NCBI GenBank assembly: GCA_963832165.1
Contig: CAWHTE010000005.1
Location: 256,001 to 320,000, forward strand
Length of the DNA stretch: 64,000 nucleotides
From: an uncultured delta proteobacterium
GTDB taxonomy: Bacteria > Myxococcota_A > UBA9160 > SMWR01
Direction: 5' to 3'
Positions 17,774-26,109 of this stretch are shown one piece after another. The notes under the pieces were generated by a model. It had not been told where the DNA came from, did not search any database, and saw nothing but the letters and a program-made list of their open reading frames with translations. A program made the translations under genes and the position numbers. Within the stretch, counting starts at the first letter, position 1. Each line of letters opens with the position of its first letter.

Positions 17774-18486
17774 GCCTCTACCTCCCCCGCTTCGTTCTGG
17801 GTAAATGCGCAAATTTGAGCAATTACCGCCGGGCGCTGCGCGGGGCGCTTGACGCGCGGGAGCGGCGCTTCGCTGCGATGGATGCGGGCGCTCACGGCGA
17901 CACCTCGCGCGGGCGGGCCGACCGACAAAGTCTTGTCGAGACGTCGTCGGTACGCGGCCTGGCGGCAGCGGCTCGAGCACCAGCGGGCGTCGGTGCGGCC
18001 GGTGAAGGAAGCACCGCAGCGAGTGCAGGGTCGCCACGTCGTCACAACGTGAGCACGGCGCCGCGCATCGCGCGCCCGCTCGAGGCGCTGGCGCCGGCTG
18101 CGCTTGCAGTCATCGCTACACGTGATCGGCCACCAGACGCGGCCGCGCATCTCGACGTAGAACATCAGCCGCCCGCACTCGGCGCACGGCGCTTCGTGGT
18201 CCGGCTTGACCGTGTAGCCGCGCGGGACGTAACGCACGCCCTGGTCGATCCAGATCGGCCGATAGCTCTGCAGGCACACCGAACACCAGCGGGCGAGGAG
18301 CCGGCCGCGACCGCAGCGGTAGCGCGCGCAGCACGGGATCGGGACTACCGCTATCGGCTCCCTACGTGTCAGCGCCTGCCTGCAGTGGGTGCAGCGAACC
18401 GGCTCAGCGTTGCGGCTGTCTACCCGCACGACGTCACACGGTGAAACCGTTGCGGGCTGGTAGTCGTAACAGACTGAGGCGCTCAT
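17770..18486 (-). CDS. Cys-rich multi-zinc-finger protein
   Basis: CTHC, CSVC, CAEC, CSDDC, CTRC and CSSRC pairs. Confidence 0.65.
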   Translation of the reverse strand: MSASVCYDYQPATVSPCDVVRVDSRNAEPVRCTHCRQALTRREPIAVVPIPCCARYRCGRGRLLARWCSVCLQSYRPIWIDQGVRYVPRGYTVKPDHEAPCAECGRLMFYVEMRGRVWWPITCSDDCKRSRRQRLERARDARRRAHVVTTWRPCTRCGASFTGRTDARWCSSRCRQAAYRRRLDKTLSVGPPARGVAVSARIHRSEAPLPRVKRPAQRPAVIAQICAFTQNEAGEVEA

Positions 18487-19028
18487 TCGCTTCGCTCCTG
18501 CGCGACGATCTCCGCGGGCGCGGGCTCGGGGTCCGATGCGCTGCCGTTCGCGCCCGGCGCGTCGATTGCGGGCGCGTGGCGCTTCGCTTCGAGGTCTTCG
18601 AGGTACGACGCGAGCGAGGGCACGTCACGCTCGCGGCGCTCGAGGCCGAGCGTCTTCAACGTCTCGCGGCGCGAGGTGATCAGCGTCGAAATCTTCGCGA
18701 CCGCTTCGAGGTCGGGCGTCTCGGACTGGAGCACACGCGCACACAGCACGCGGAGGAGGAGACCCGCGCGCTGCGCGTCCTGCACGAGCGCGAGCAACTG
18801 CGCGGAGAGCTGCTCGGCGCCACCCAGGTCGGCCACGATCGCGAGGCCCTCGCCCACCGCGTCGGCCACGTAGTCGCGGCGATCGGCCGGCAGCGTGCCG
18901 GTGCGCGAGAGCTCGAGCACCTCCCACGGTGCGATGCGCGCGGCGGCCTTGCGGCGCAGCCACACGCCGCGGTTCGCGCGGCTCATCTTCGCGCGCTGCT
19001 CGGGGGTCGCGAGCTGTCCTTTCCTCAT
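18483..19028 (-). CDS. Putative terminase small subunit-like protein with N-terminal NUMOD3-like motif
   Basis: Helical protein with DLGG...LS and a LKTLGLERR C-terminal motif. N-terminus has TPEQRAKMSRANRG. Lies in the same gene run as terL. Confidence 0.45.
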   Translation of the reverse strand: MRKGQLATPEQRAKMSRANRGVWLRRKAAARIAPWEVLELSRTGTLPADRRDYVADAVGEGLAIVADLGGAEQLSAQLLALVQDAQRAGLLLRVLCARVLQSETPDLEAVAKISTLITSRRETLKTLGLERRERDVPSLASYLEDLEAKRHAPAIDAPGANGSASDPEPAPAEIVAQERSE

Positions 19029-19292
19029 GCGGACACCCCGAAATGACCCCAAGAGTGCTCACGCGCTAGGCGCAAGCCATCGCCATCCCATTCGAATCCG
19101 ATTCCTGACCCTCGGATCCCCGAACCGATGCGGGCCGAAATGGGCAACCGCGCGGGCGGCCGACGCGATGCCGTCGAGCTCGAGCGAGATCGGCAGGCGC
19201 GCAGGGGCGCGAGCGCGGCGGGGCTGACCGCATTCTCTCGCTGGGGGAGTCCGCCACTGCACGCGGGCGCGCTTCTGCGCCCCGCAGTGTGC

Positions 19293-19453
19293 GGACTGTC
19301 CACTCCTCGACTGGACTGGACTAGCTCTTCTCTTATAGGTCCAGTGGTCCAGTCGTTTTCCGGTCCACTCTGGTCCAGTCGGTCCGCTCCCCTCGGGTTG
19401 AGAAATATCGGCTTCATTCGGTCCGCTCCGGTCCACTCGGTCCACTCGTCCGC
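19293..19453. repeat. Iteron array, putative replication origin
   Basis: GGTCC(A/G)(C/G)T units at 19338, 19346, 19362, 19372, 19381, 19420, 19430 and 19439. Inverted copies at 19311-19322. AT-rich spacer CTCTTCTCTTATA. Confidence 0.75.
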
Positions 19454-21477
19454 AGCACGAACCGGATCGCATTGCGCGTGCCCGGATACGTCCAGATCAG
19501 CGCCCTCTCGCGGGTCTCCGTTCGAATGGCCGCGGGGTCCGCGCAGAACTCTCGCTTGATGCGCGCGGCGAGCTCTTGCCCGTCTGACCGCGATCCCTCT
19601 CCGGCGAATCCGGCCTTCTCGAGCGCCTCGATCATGAGGTTTTGTGACTCGAAACAGCGCCGCCCCGTGTCGCGGTCCGCGGTGCCGTACTGCTCGAAGA
19701 GCTTGCGCAAGGTCGCTTCGTCGAGGCCGCGCGCTTCGGTGGCGCTGCAGAGAACGCACCCGGCGCCGATCTTCCCGTCATCGCGCTCGGGTCGGCGATA
19801 GGTGATCGGCTCTTCCCAGGAGCCGAAATGAGACTCGACGTCGAGTTCCCACGAGAATCCTCCGATCCCTTTCGAGCGCTTCAGATTCGCGATCACGTTC
19901 GCGGCGCCGCCCTTTGTGACGGCGCCGATCGCGGAGTGCGACACGGGGCCGCCCGGATCTCCCTTGCGCATGTGGTCGAGGAACCAGAGCGCTCGCCGGG
20001 AGGATCGCGCGAACTCGAGCATGTCCCGGTAGAACACGCCCATGAGTGCGTTGTCGCTCGGGTCGACGCCGGGATGGAAGTGGTAGGCCGTGTCGAGGAA
20101 CACCACGCGAGCGCCGGACTGTTCGCCTCGCTCGTGTAGCTCGTCGCGGCCCGCGGCCGTGGTGAGGTCCATCGATGCGGCTCGCTCGCGCGTGTTCGCG
20201 ATCACGAACAGGTCGCGTCCGATCTCGGGCATCGGGATGTTCGTGTCGCGCGCGATCGCCTCCATGCGTTTGCGCACGATGCCTGCCGACATCTCCAGGC
20301 ACACGTAGAGCACGGGCGCGCGCGTCACGTCGAGGCCGAGAAACTTGCTTCCCGTCGCCGTGCACATCGCGAGCTGCAACGATGCCCAGGTCTTTCCGAC
20401 CTTCGATCCGCCGGTGAGGTTGTGCACCGCCGCTTCGAACACGAGCCGATCGACGATCGCCTCGGGCGGCTCGTCGGCCGCGAACTCCTCGGGCGTTAGG
20501 AGCGGAGCACTCGCCCGCTTGACGGGTCCGCCGAGCATCTCGACGAACTCGCGCAGAGTGCGCCAGCTGCGATCGCACTTCGCGCTCGAGCAGAGCCCGT
20601 GCCCGTCGACCCACATGACCGCGGATCCGCCGCGCGCGCGCTTCTGCTTTGCCTGATGGAACGGACACGCGAAGTTGATCTTCTCGTGCTCCGGCTTCGA
20701 GCCGCGCAGCAGGATCACGCCCTCGAGGCGCAGACCGTGTTCGGCGAGCTCGTCGAGGATCCACGCGCAGCTGTGCGCGCCAGGGTCTTGGCGTTCGTCG
20801 CTCGCGCTGCCGAGATCGGGGATCAGGCGGGCGGCGTTCTGCTGCTCGATCAGTGAGCGCAAAACAGCGGCCTGATTCTCAGCGGGCAGCCAGTCGCCGC
20901 TGTCAGCGTCGAGCTCGTAGAAGTGCGTGAACGGCGCGCGGCTCATGCCCGCGAGCGGCAGCCACATTCCGTTGCCGGTCTCGGGCCGCTCGTCCTGCCG
21001 GGGACAAACCAGATCGGCGGCGTCTGGCGCGCCCGCGTCGAGCGCGATCCGGCGAAGAAACGCGCGGACCTTCGCGGCCGGCGCGGGGCCGTTGAAGAAA
21101 ACCCAGGCGTGCCAGCCTTTGCCCTTCGAGCGCTCGAACACCGCGTGGATCTTGTGCGCGCCGAGCGCCGCCATGATCGCATCGGCGACCGACATCATCT
21201 CGGGGTCGTCGGGATCGTCGGTGCCCCAGTTCTTCGCATCGAGGTCGATGCAACCCCATCGGACGTGCCGTGCGTCTACGAACGGGATCGCGCCGACACG
21301 CACGCGCCCGCGCACGTGATCCTCGAAGTCCTCGCGGACGAGGCCACGGTGGCGCGTCTTGAACCCTTCTCCGCCGTCGTAGATGTGTGCGCTCGGGCTC
21401 GAGGCGGAGAAGAGCTCCGCGAGCAGATCGGCGATCCGATCAGCGCCGAGGTCGTGGACGTTCGCGGCTTCGCTCAT
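19414..21477 (-). CDS. AEP-type primase fused to AAA_25/RepA-like helicase
   Basis: IDLD and ERSKGKGWHAWVFF primase motifs, CPFH...CSSAKC Zn site, Walker A GGSKVGKT, Walker B VFLDT, and DHMRKG. Confidence 0.88.
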   Translation of the reverse strand: MSEAANVHDLGADRIADLLAELFSASSPSAHIYDGGEGFKTRHRGLVREDFEDHVRGRVRVGAIPFVDARHVRWGCIDLDAKNWGTDDPDDPEMMSVADAIMAALGAHKIHAVFERSKGKGWHAWVFFNGPAPAAKVRAFLRRIALDAGAPDAADLVCPRQDERPETGNGMWLPLAGMSRAPFTHFYELDADSGDWLPAENQAAVLRSLIEQQNAARLIPDLGSASDERQDPGAHSCAWILDELAEHGLRLEGVILLRGSKPEHEKINFACPFHQAKQKRARGGSAVMWVDGHGLCSSAKCDRSWRTLREFVEMLGGPVKRASAPLLTPEEFAADEPPEAIVDRLVFEAAVHNLTGGSKVGKTWASLQLAMCTATGSKFLGLDVTRAPVLYVCLEMSAGIVRKRMEAIARDTNIPMPEIGRDLFVIANTRERAASMDLTTAAGRDELHERGEQSGARVVFLDTAYHFHPGVDPSDNALMGVFYRDMLEFARSSRRALWFLDHMRKGDPGGPVSHSAIGAVTKGGAANVIANLKRSKGIGGFSWELDVESHFGSWEEPITYRRPERDDGKIGAGCVLCSATEARGLDEATLRKLFEQYGTADRDTGRRCFESQNLMIEALEKAGFAGEGSRSDGQELAARIKREFCADPAAIRTETRERALIWTYPGTRNAIRFVLRTSGPSGPERTE

Positions 21478-22184
21478 GCCTGCTCCCGCGTCGGCAGGTT
21501 GGTCATACCGGCCAAGTCGTCGTAGCGCGCGCCGATCTCGTCACGCGCCCTTTCCAGGGCCATCGCGAGCGCATCCAACGCATCGGCGTGGCGGCGGTCG
21601 TCCGGGGCGAGCGGAAGGTCGCATAGCGTGTGAACCGCGTCAGTGTGGAGCGTCTCGAGCTGGACGAATAGCTCTCCGACGCTCATCACGATGGCGCGCA
21701 GCGCTTCCCAGGGCGTAGGCGGCGTCGGGGGCGGCGGACTGGACGCGGCGCGCTGCGGCCGCTCGGAGAACTGCCACTCGCGGAACTTCTGCTCGTTGAC
21801 GATCCTGTTCGTCGCGGTGCGCGGCATATCGGGGCGCACCGTGCCATCCGCGATCGCAGCCTCCAGGCGCTTCGGCTCGACGCGCGCGAGCTCGGCGAGC
21901 GCCGACCAGCTGGCCGGCAAATGCGACACGTGTGTCGCATTTGAAAGCACGGGGTGACGCGCAATCGCCATGAACCTCTGCGCGGTCCGGGGCGACCAGC
22001 CGAGGTCCTCGCGCACCATCGCCTGGAAGTCTCCGTGCGGGAGAGCGGCCTTCGCCGCGGTCAACATCTTCCCGACGTCGAGCACGGCCTGGACCGACTC
22101 CATGAGCCGCTCGCGGATGCACCGCGCGTAGTCGGCGCGGGACGAGATCGCCACCACCACGTTGTTCGCGACCGCGGCGCTCAC
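21474..22184 (-). CDS. DUF3102-like protein
   Basis: GKMLTAAKAALPHGDF...SPRTAQRFMAIA motif. Confidence 0.75.
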   Translation of the reverse strand: MSAAVANNVVVAISSRADYARCIRERLMESVQAVLDVGKMLTAAKAALPHGDFQAMVREDLGWSPRTAQRFMAIARHPVLSNATHVSHLPASWSALAELARVEPKRLEAAIADGTVRPDMPRTATNRIVNEQKFREWQFSERPQRAASSPPPPTPPTPWEALRAIVMSVGELFVQLETLHTDAVHTLCDLPLAPDDRRHADALDALAMALERARDEIGARYDDLAGMTNLPTREQA

Positions 22185-22435
22185 GTTGCACCCTCGATCG
22201 CGTCGAGCGCGCGAGAGAGGGAAAGCTCGAGTCCATCGCGGATCGGTCCGGCGAACGCGCACCCGTTCGCTTCCAGCGCTGTGAGGACCAACGCGCGCAC
22301 CACTAGCTTGCGCACCAGCTCATCGCTTGACGCGCGCTTCGCGCGCGCGGTATCGTCGAGAGCGCCACCGATTCGATTCGTGCTTCGCCTGCGTCGCTCC
22401 CCAGCCCGCGGGCGTTCGCACATCTGGAGCCTCAC
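22181..22435 (-). CDS. Small hypothetical protein
   Basis: GTGA coupling at both ends. Confidence 0.45.
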   Translation of the reverse strand: MRLQMCERPRAGERRRRSTNRIGGALDDTARAKRASSDELVRKLVVRALVLTALEANGCAFAGPIRDGLELSLSRALDAIEGAT

Positions 22436-22677
22436 GGTGCGCCACCTCGGTGCGCGGCCTCGCGCTGGAGGTGCTTCTCCACGACGCGCTCGGCGTGCGC
22501 CGTCGGCTGGACGCGGTGGAGTCGCAGGAAGGCCTCGGCGTCCTCGGGGAAAACGTGGAACCGGCGCTCGCCGATTCGGTACGCGGTAAGCTCGCCGTCG
22601 TCGATCGCCTGGCGAGCGACCTCGCGGTTGATCCCGAACGTGCGCTCGAGACCCCGGAGTGATAGCGGCTTCCCCAT
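22432..22677 (-). CDS. Excisionase-like HTH DNA-binding protein
   Basis: LSLRGLERTFGINREVARQAIDDGELTAYRIG, an HTH_17/Xis-like pattern. Confidence 0.75.
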   Translation of the reverse strand: MGKPLSLRGLERTFGINREVARQAIDDGELTAYRIGERRFHVFPEDAEAFLRLHRVQPTAHAERVVEKHLQREAAHRGGAP

Positions 22678-22698
22678 CGCGCACGATGGTCGCCGATG

Positions 22699-22801
22699 GC
22701 GCTAGTCGCGCGCTAGTCGCGCGCTAATGCCTCGGTGAGGATCCACGAAAAAAGACGCGTTCGTGTGGACGTCCACAGAATCATCCGTGACTCGTGTGGA
22801 C
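22699..22801. promoter_or_regulatory. Repeat-rich control region upstream of the xis-like gene
   Basis: GCGCTAGTCGC x2 plus a partial copy (22699-22726). TCGTGTGGAC x2 (22761-22770, 22792-22801) with inverted TCCAC half-sites. Confidence 0.55.
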
Positions 22802-22802
22802 C

Positions 22803-23504
22803 CTACTCGGGGATGCCCGTTCCGCGCGCCTTCTCGATGGTGTGACGAGCAGGGATCTCCATGTTGCGGTGGGCGAACGCCTCATTCGCAACCTGCTCAC
22901 TCAACTTGGCTCGTAAGTCTCTCCACTCCTCGCGCACGATCTCTCTCGCCCGCTCGAGGTAGCCGCGCACGGCTTGATCGCTCCTTCCGAGATAGGCGGC
23001 CACCGCGCGGAGCGCGACCATGCGCAAATCGAGACCGTCACGCTCGGCGGCATCGAGTGCCCCTAAGACACGCTCGCGAAGCTGCTCGTCGAGAACTGGC
23101 TCAGAATCGGCGTCTTTGATGTAGAACACCTCAGGTCCCGGCCGGTTCTCGATCCCCGATTCTCCTCTCGACCACCCGACGCCCGGATAGCCCTCGTGCA
23201 GCTGATCGGTGAGCGCCGCGTAGCAGCCGGCGACGAACAGCATCTCCAGGCGCTTCTGATCGACCTCGACCAGCCGGAGCCCCTTGAGAAGACTCCACGC
23301 GTTCTTCGGGGTCGCCCTCTTGCGGATCTCCAAGAGGGGCTTGACCAGCTGCTCATGGAGGCGATTGCTGATCTCGATGCTTGACTCGCGCTGGTGCGCG
23401 GTGAGCAGCGTCTCGAGGTCCACAGCGGTGAACCGCAACGTCACGCGCTCCTGCGTCCGCGCCTTGGCGTTCGCAGCTCGGATCCGTTCCCAGAGATCGC
23501 CCAT
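22803..23504 (-). CDS. Hypothetical protein, possible element regulator
   Basis: First ORF inside attR. The C-terminal VAAYLGRSDQAVRGYLERAR segment is HTH-like. Confidence 0.55.
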   Translation of the reverse strand: MGDLWERIRAANAKARTQERVTLRFTAVDLETLLTAHQRESSIEISNRLHEQLVKPLLEIRKRATPKNAWSLLKGLRLVEVDQKRLEMLFVAGCYAALTDQLHEGYPGVGWSRGESGIENRPGPEVFYIKDADSEPVLDEQLRERVLGALDAAERDGLDLRMVALRAVAAYLGRSDQAVRGYLERAREIVREEWRDLRAKLSEQVANEAFAHRNMEIPARHTIEKARGTGIPE

Positions 23505-23712
23505 GCCGCTGCACTCCCGCGGTGCACCGTGTGTGAGCGCCAGGGCCGACCGACGGTGCTGCCGGTGTTCGGCGACGGAGAGCTACTCCGCCGCCTAGGC
23601 CCTGGCGGAAGTGAGGTTACTCCTGGGGTCAGTCTCGACCAAAACCGCCAACGTCTCCACCTCTCCGCGCATATGAGCGTAACTAGGCGCCACTGTTAGG
23701 CCCTCTTTCGAA

Positions 23713-23757
23713 TTCCCAAGCTGAGGGTCGCGGGTTCGAACCCCGTCTCGCGCTCCA
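23713..23757 (+). repeat. attR core (duplicated 3' part of tRNA-Gly)
   Basis: Identical to 8859-8903. Confidence 0.95.
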
Positions 23758-23777
23758 AACGTCCCGCGGTGACGCTC

Positions 23778-25556
23778 CTACGGATCGGCTTGCCGCAGCT
23801 CCGCAAGGCGCGCGCTCAGCTGGGGCGACGGCTCATCACGACGGTGCTCGATCGCGCGCTCGAGGATCTGCACGGCATCGTCGCGTCGGCCAGCGCTCGC
23901 GACGAGCCGCGCCAGTAGCAGCGAAGCTGGCGTGTGGGCTGGTTGGAGCTCGAGCACGCGCCGAAGCATGGTCATCGTCTGCTGTCTATCGGGATCCGGC
24001 CGCGTCCCGTTCTCCGCCAGCGCGAGAACGATCTGCGCGCGCCGGAACAGCAGCCGCGGCGACTCGGGCTGCAGGGACGCGGCCTGCTCGTAGGCCTCGA
24101 GCGCCAGTGCGAGCCGCTTCTGGCGGACGTACACATCCCCCAGTCCGCTCCAGCCCTGGGCGTTGGGGAACAGCTCGATGCTGCGGCGATAGTGTTCGAT
24201 CGCGGATTCATCGCGGCCGTTCTCCTCACTCTCGCGGCCCGCCGCCAGGTGAAGCGCCACGGACTCGCGTCCAATCCAACGCAGGTGCCGCTGTTTCGTT
24301 GCCGCGCGTTCGGGAGTGGGATCGAGGAGCATCCCCACCTCCTCGAAAATGACCATGGCCGGCAACACCAGCGAGAGTCCCGCCAAGGTCCAGACGAGCG
24401 CAGCGAACCCGGATCTGCGCGAACGCTCGCCGGCATTCGCTTCCGGTGCCGCGGAGGGGCGCAGCAGTACACGTGCGATCCCGCCATCGCGCAGCTTCCA
24501 GATCGCGCCGTCGAGGATGAAGTGGTGGATGTTGACGATCGAGAAGGTGGTCATCGCGAGGCCGGCGTCCCAGGCTTGCGTGCCGAGCAGGTCGGGAGCG
24601 AACAAGAGGATGGGCACGTTGATCACTGCGGTGCCTGCAAGCAGCGTCTTCCATAGATACGACCGCACCTGGTCCCGCGATTGCGAACGCTTCGCGTAGT
24701 AGGCCGTGATCCAGAGGTATTGCAGAGAGTGGGCGGTCGATACCCAGATTGCGGCGAACGGCAGCAGTGTCGGGCGCCAGGTGGAAGTCGGGTCTGCCGT
24801 CGCGAACGCGGGAACCGCGAACCAGAGCGCCTGGGTCAATACCAACGCCCAGGCAGGCGCCTGATCCGACGCCGATCCGCGGCCGCGAAGCCGCCATGCG
24901 ACCGCCGCGAGGCAGCCGAGATAGGCGATCCCAGCGCTCGCAGAGAGCCAGACCAGGGCATTCCCGGGAATCCCGAGCGCGATCGCCCTCGGCGCTCCAG
25001 GAGTGTTCAGCGTGGGCTGTGAGACGCTGAACGGCGCCTCGCGACCGTGGATCGCGAGCATCGCGAGCGCTGCAGAGAGCACGAAGGACAGGTAGAAGAG
25101 GCGCTTCGTACCAGCGTCGACCTCGACGCCGCGCCGCCGCAGGAACATCAGCGCGAGCCCGTAGTTCTGGCCCGCAAAGTGCCATGGGCTCCAGGTTATG
25201 TAGATCGTGATGATCGCCGAGGCGAGCCAGACGCTGCGGGACGCGCCTGCGAGCACGAGCGCCAGCGCGAGGGTCGCGTGCAGAGCGAAGAAGCGATATT
25301 TCGCGCGATCCTCGCGGCTTTCGTAGACCCGCAGCACGGTCGCCCCGTAATGAGGCGCGTTGATCAGCATCGCGAATGCCGTCACTGCGGCGATCGGCCA
25401 GGTCTGGACGCCCGTGGCGTATCCGTAACCGAGCAGGATCGGCACGAGGACGACGTACCCGAGACCACAGCCGATGAACAGGTCGACCCAGCGCCCGTGC
25501 AACCACCGGTCGGGGGCGATCACTCCCGTCGCATCGCGAGTTCCGATCACAGCCAT
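23778..25556 (-). CDS. Polytopic membrane protein with C-terminal TPR domain
   Basis: Many TM helices with His motifs (PHYGAT, WHFAGQNYG, HSLQY, IHHFILDGAIWK), followed by TPR-like helices. Confidence 0.75.
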   Translation of the reverse strand: MAVIGTRDATGVIAPDRWLHGRWVDLFIGCGLGYVVLVPILLGYGYATGVQTWPIAAVTAFAMLINAPHYGATVLRVYESREDRAKYRFFALHATLALALVLAGASRSVWLASAIITIYITWSPWHFAGQNYGLALMFLRRRGVEVDAGTKRLFYLSFVLSAALAMLAIHGREAPFSVSQPTLNTPGAPRAIALGIPGNALVWLSASAGIAYLGCLAAVAWRLRGRGSASDQAPAWALVLTQALWFAVPAFATADPTSTWRPTLLPFAAIWVSTAHSLQYLWITAYYAKRSQSRDQVRSYLWKTLLAGTAVINVPILLFAPDLLGTQAWDAGLAMTTFSIVNIHHFILDGAIWKLRDGGIARVLLRPSAAPEANAGERSRRSGFAALVWTLAGLSLVLPAMVIFEEVGMLLDPTPERAATKQRHLRWIGRESVALHLAAGRESEENGRDESAIEHYRRSIELFPNAQGWSGLGDVYVRQKRLALALEAYEQAASLQPESPRLLFRRAQIVLALAENGTRPDPDRQQTMTMLRRVLELQPAHTPASLLLARLVASAGRRDDAVQILERAIEHRRDEPSPQLSARLAELRQADP

Positions 25557-25676
25557 AGTCCCTACTGCGTCAAGATTACATGCTCCGAGCAGCCTTGATT
25601 GCAGCGTCGGTTCTTGTGGCGTCCTGGGCCGCGGTTGCGATGGCTCGCAGCGCTGTGCGAGGCTTGCTCCCGGCTA

Positions 25677-26044
25677 TGTCGGTGTCAGCGCGGTTCGCGG
25701 CGGTACTCCTGGTCGCGACCCATCTCGCGGCGGGGTCCGCACCGTGCCCGAAGGCGTTGCCCGCGCACGACCAGCCGGATTCCGTAGCGCTCGCGGGAAC
25801 ACACCCCTGCCCCGGCCATTCCCAGGCGGATGATTCCCCCTCGGAATGGCTGGATGCACGCTGCCCGTGCGGCTGCCAGACCGGAACCGCACCGGGCAGC
25901 GGCACCGCGCGCATCGGTCCCGCGCTGCTGCTCGCCGAGCTCGCTCTCGTGGGCGCGCCCGATCGCGATCTGCGGATCGCGGCGCCGCCGCCGCCGGCCC
26001 GCTTCGCTCCGGCTCCCCCCGATCACGTTCCGCTGATCGCCTGA
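25677..26044 (+). CDS. DUF2946-like Cys/Pro-rich leader protein upstream of TonB-dependent receptor
   Basis: Hydrophobic N-terminus, CPCGC, and C-terminal PPPPARFAPAPPDHVP. Start uncertain (25580-25677). Confidence 0.55.
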
Positions 26045-26109
26045 TCGGATCAGCGCCGAGCGCGCCCGTGCGCGCTTGAAACGTGAACTCTCGCATTCGC
26101 GGGGAGCCC

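Larger units (their letters stand above)
8859..23757 (-). mobile_element. Integrated ~14.9-kb phage-satellite-like (PICI-like) element in tRNA-Gly
   Basis: 45-bp direct repeats, integrase at one end, excisionase-like HTH, primase-helicase with iterons, terminase genes. All genes are co-oriented, mostly with 4-nt overlaps. Confidence 0.9.

Noticed and set aside
19293..19453. Mini-CRISPR or VNTR
   Set aside because: Units are 8-10 bp, irregularly spaced, in both orientations and next to a helicase gene. This fits iterons better.
19414..21477. Anti-phage defence system based on the AEP primase domain
   Set aside because: Fusion to a RepA-like helicase, adjacent iterons and position after the xis-like gene indicate a replication protein.
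23713..23757. Second tRNA-Gly gene
   Set aside because: Only the 3' 45 nt are present. The D-arm and 5' acceptor strand are missing, so it is attR.
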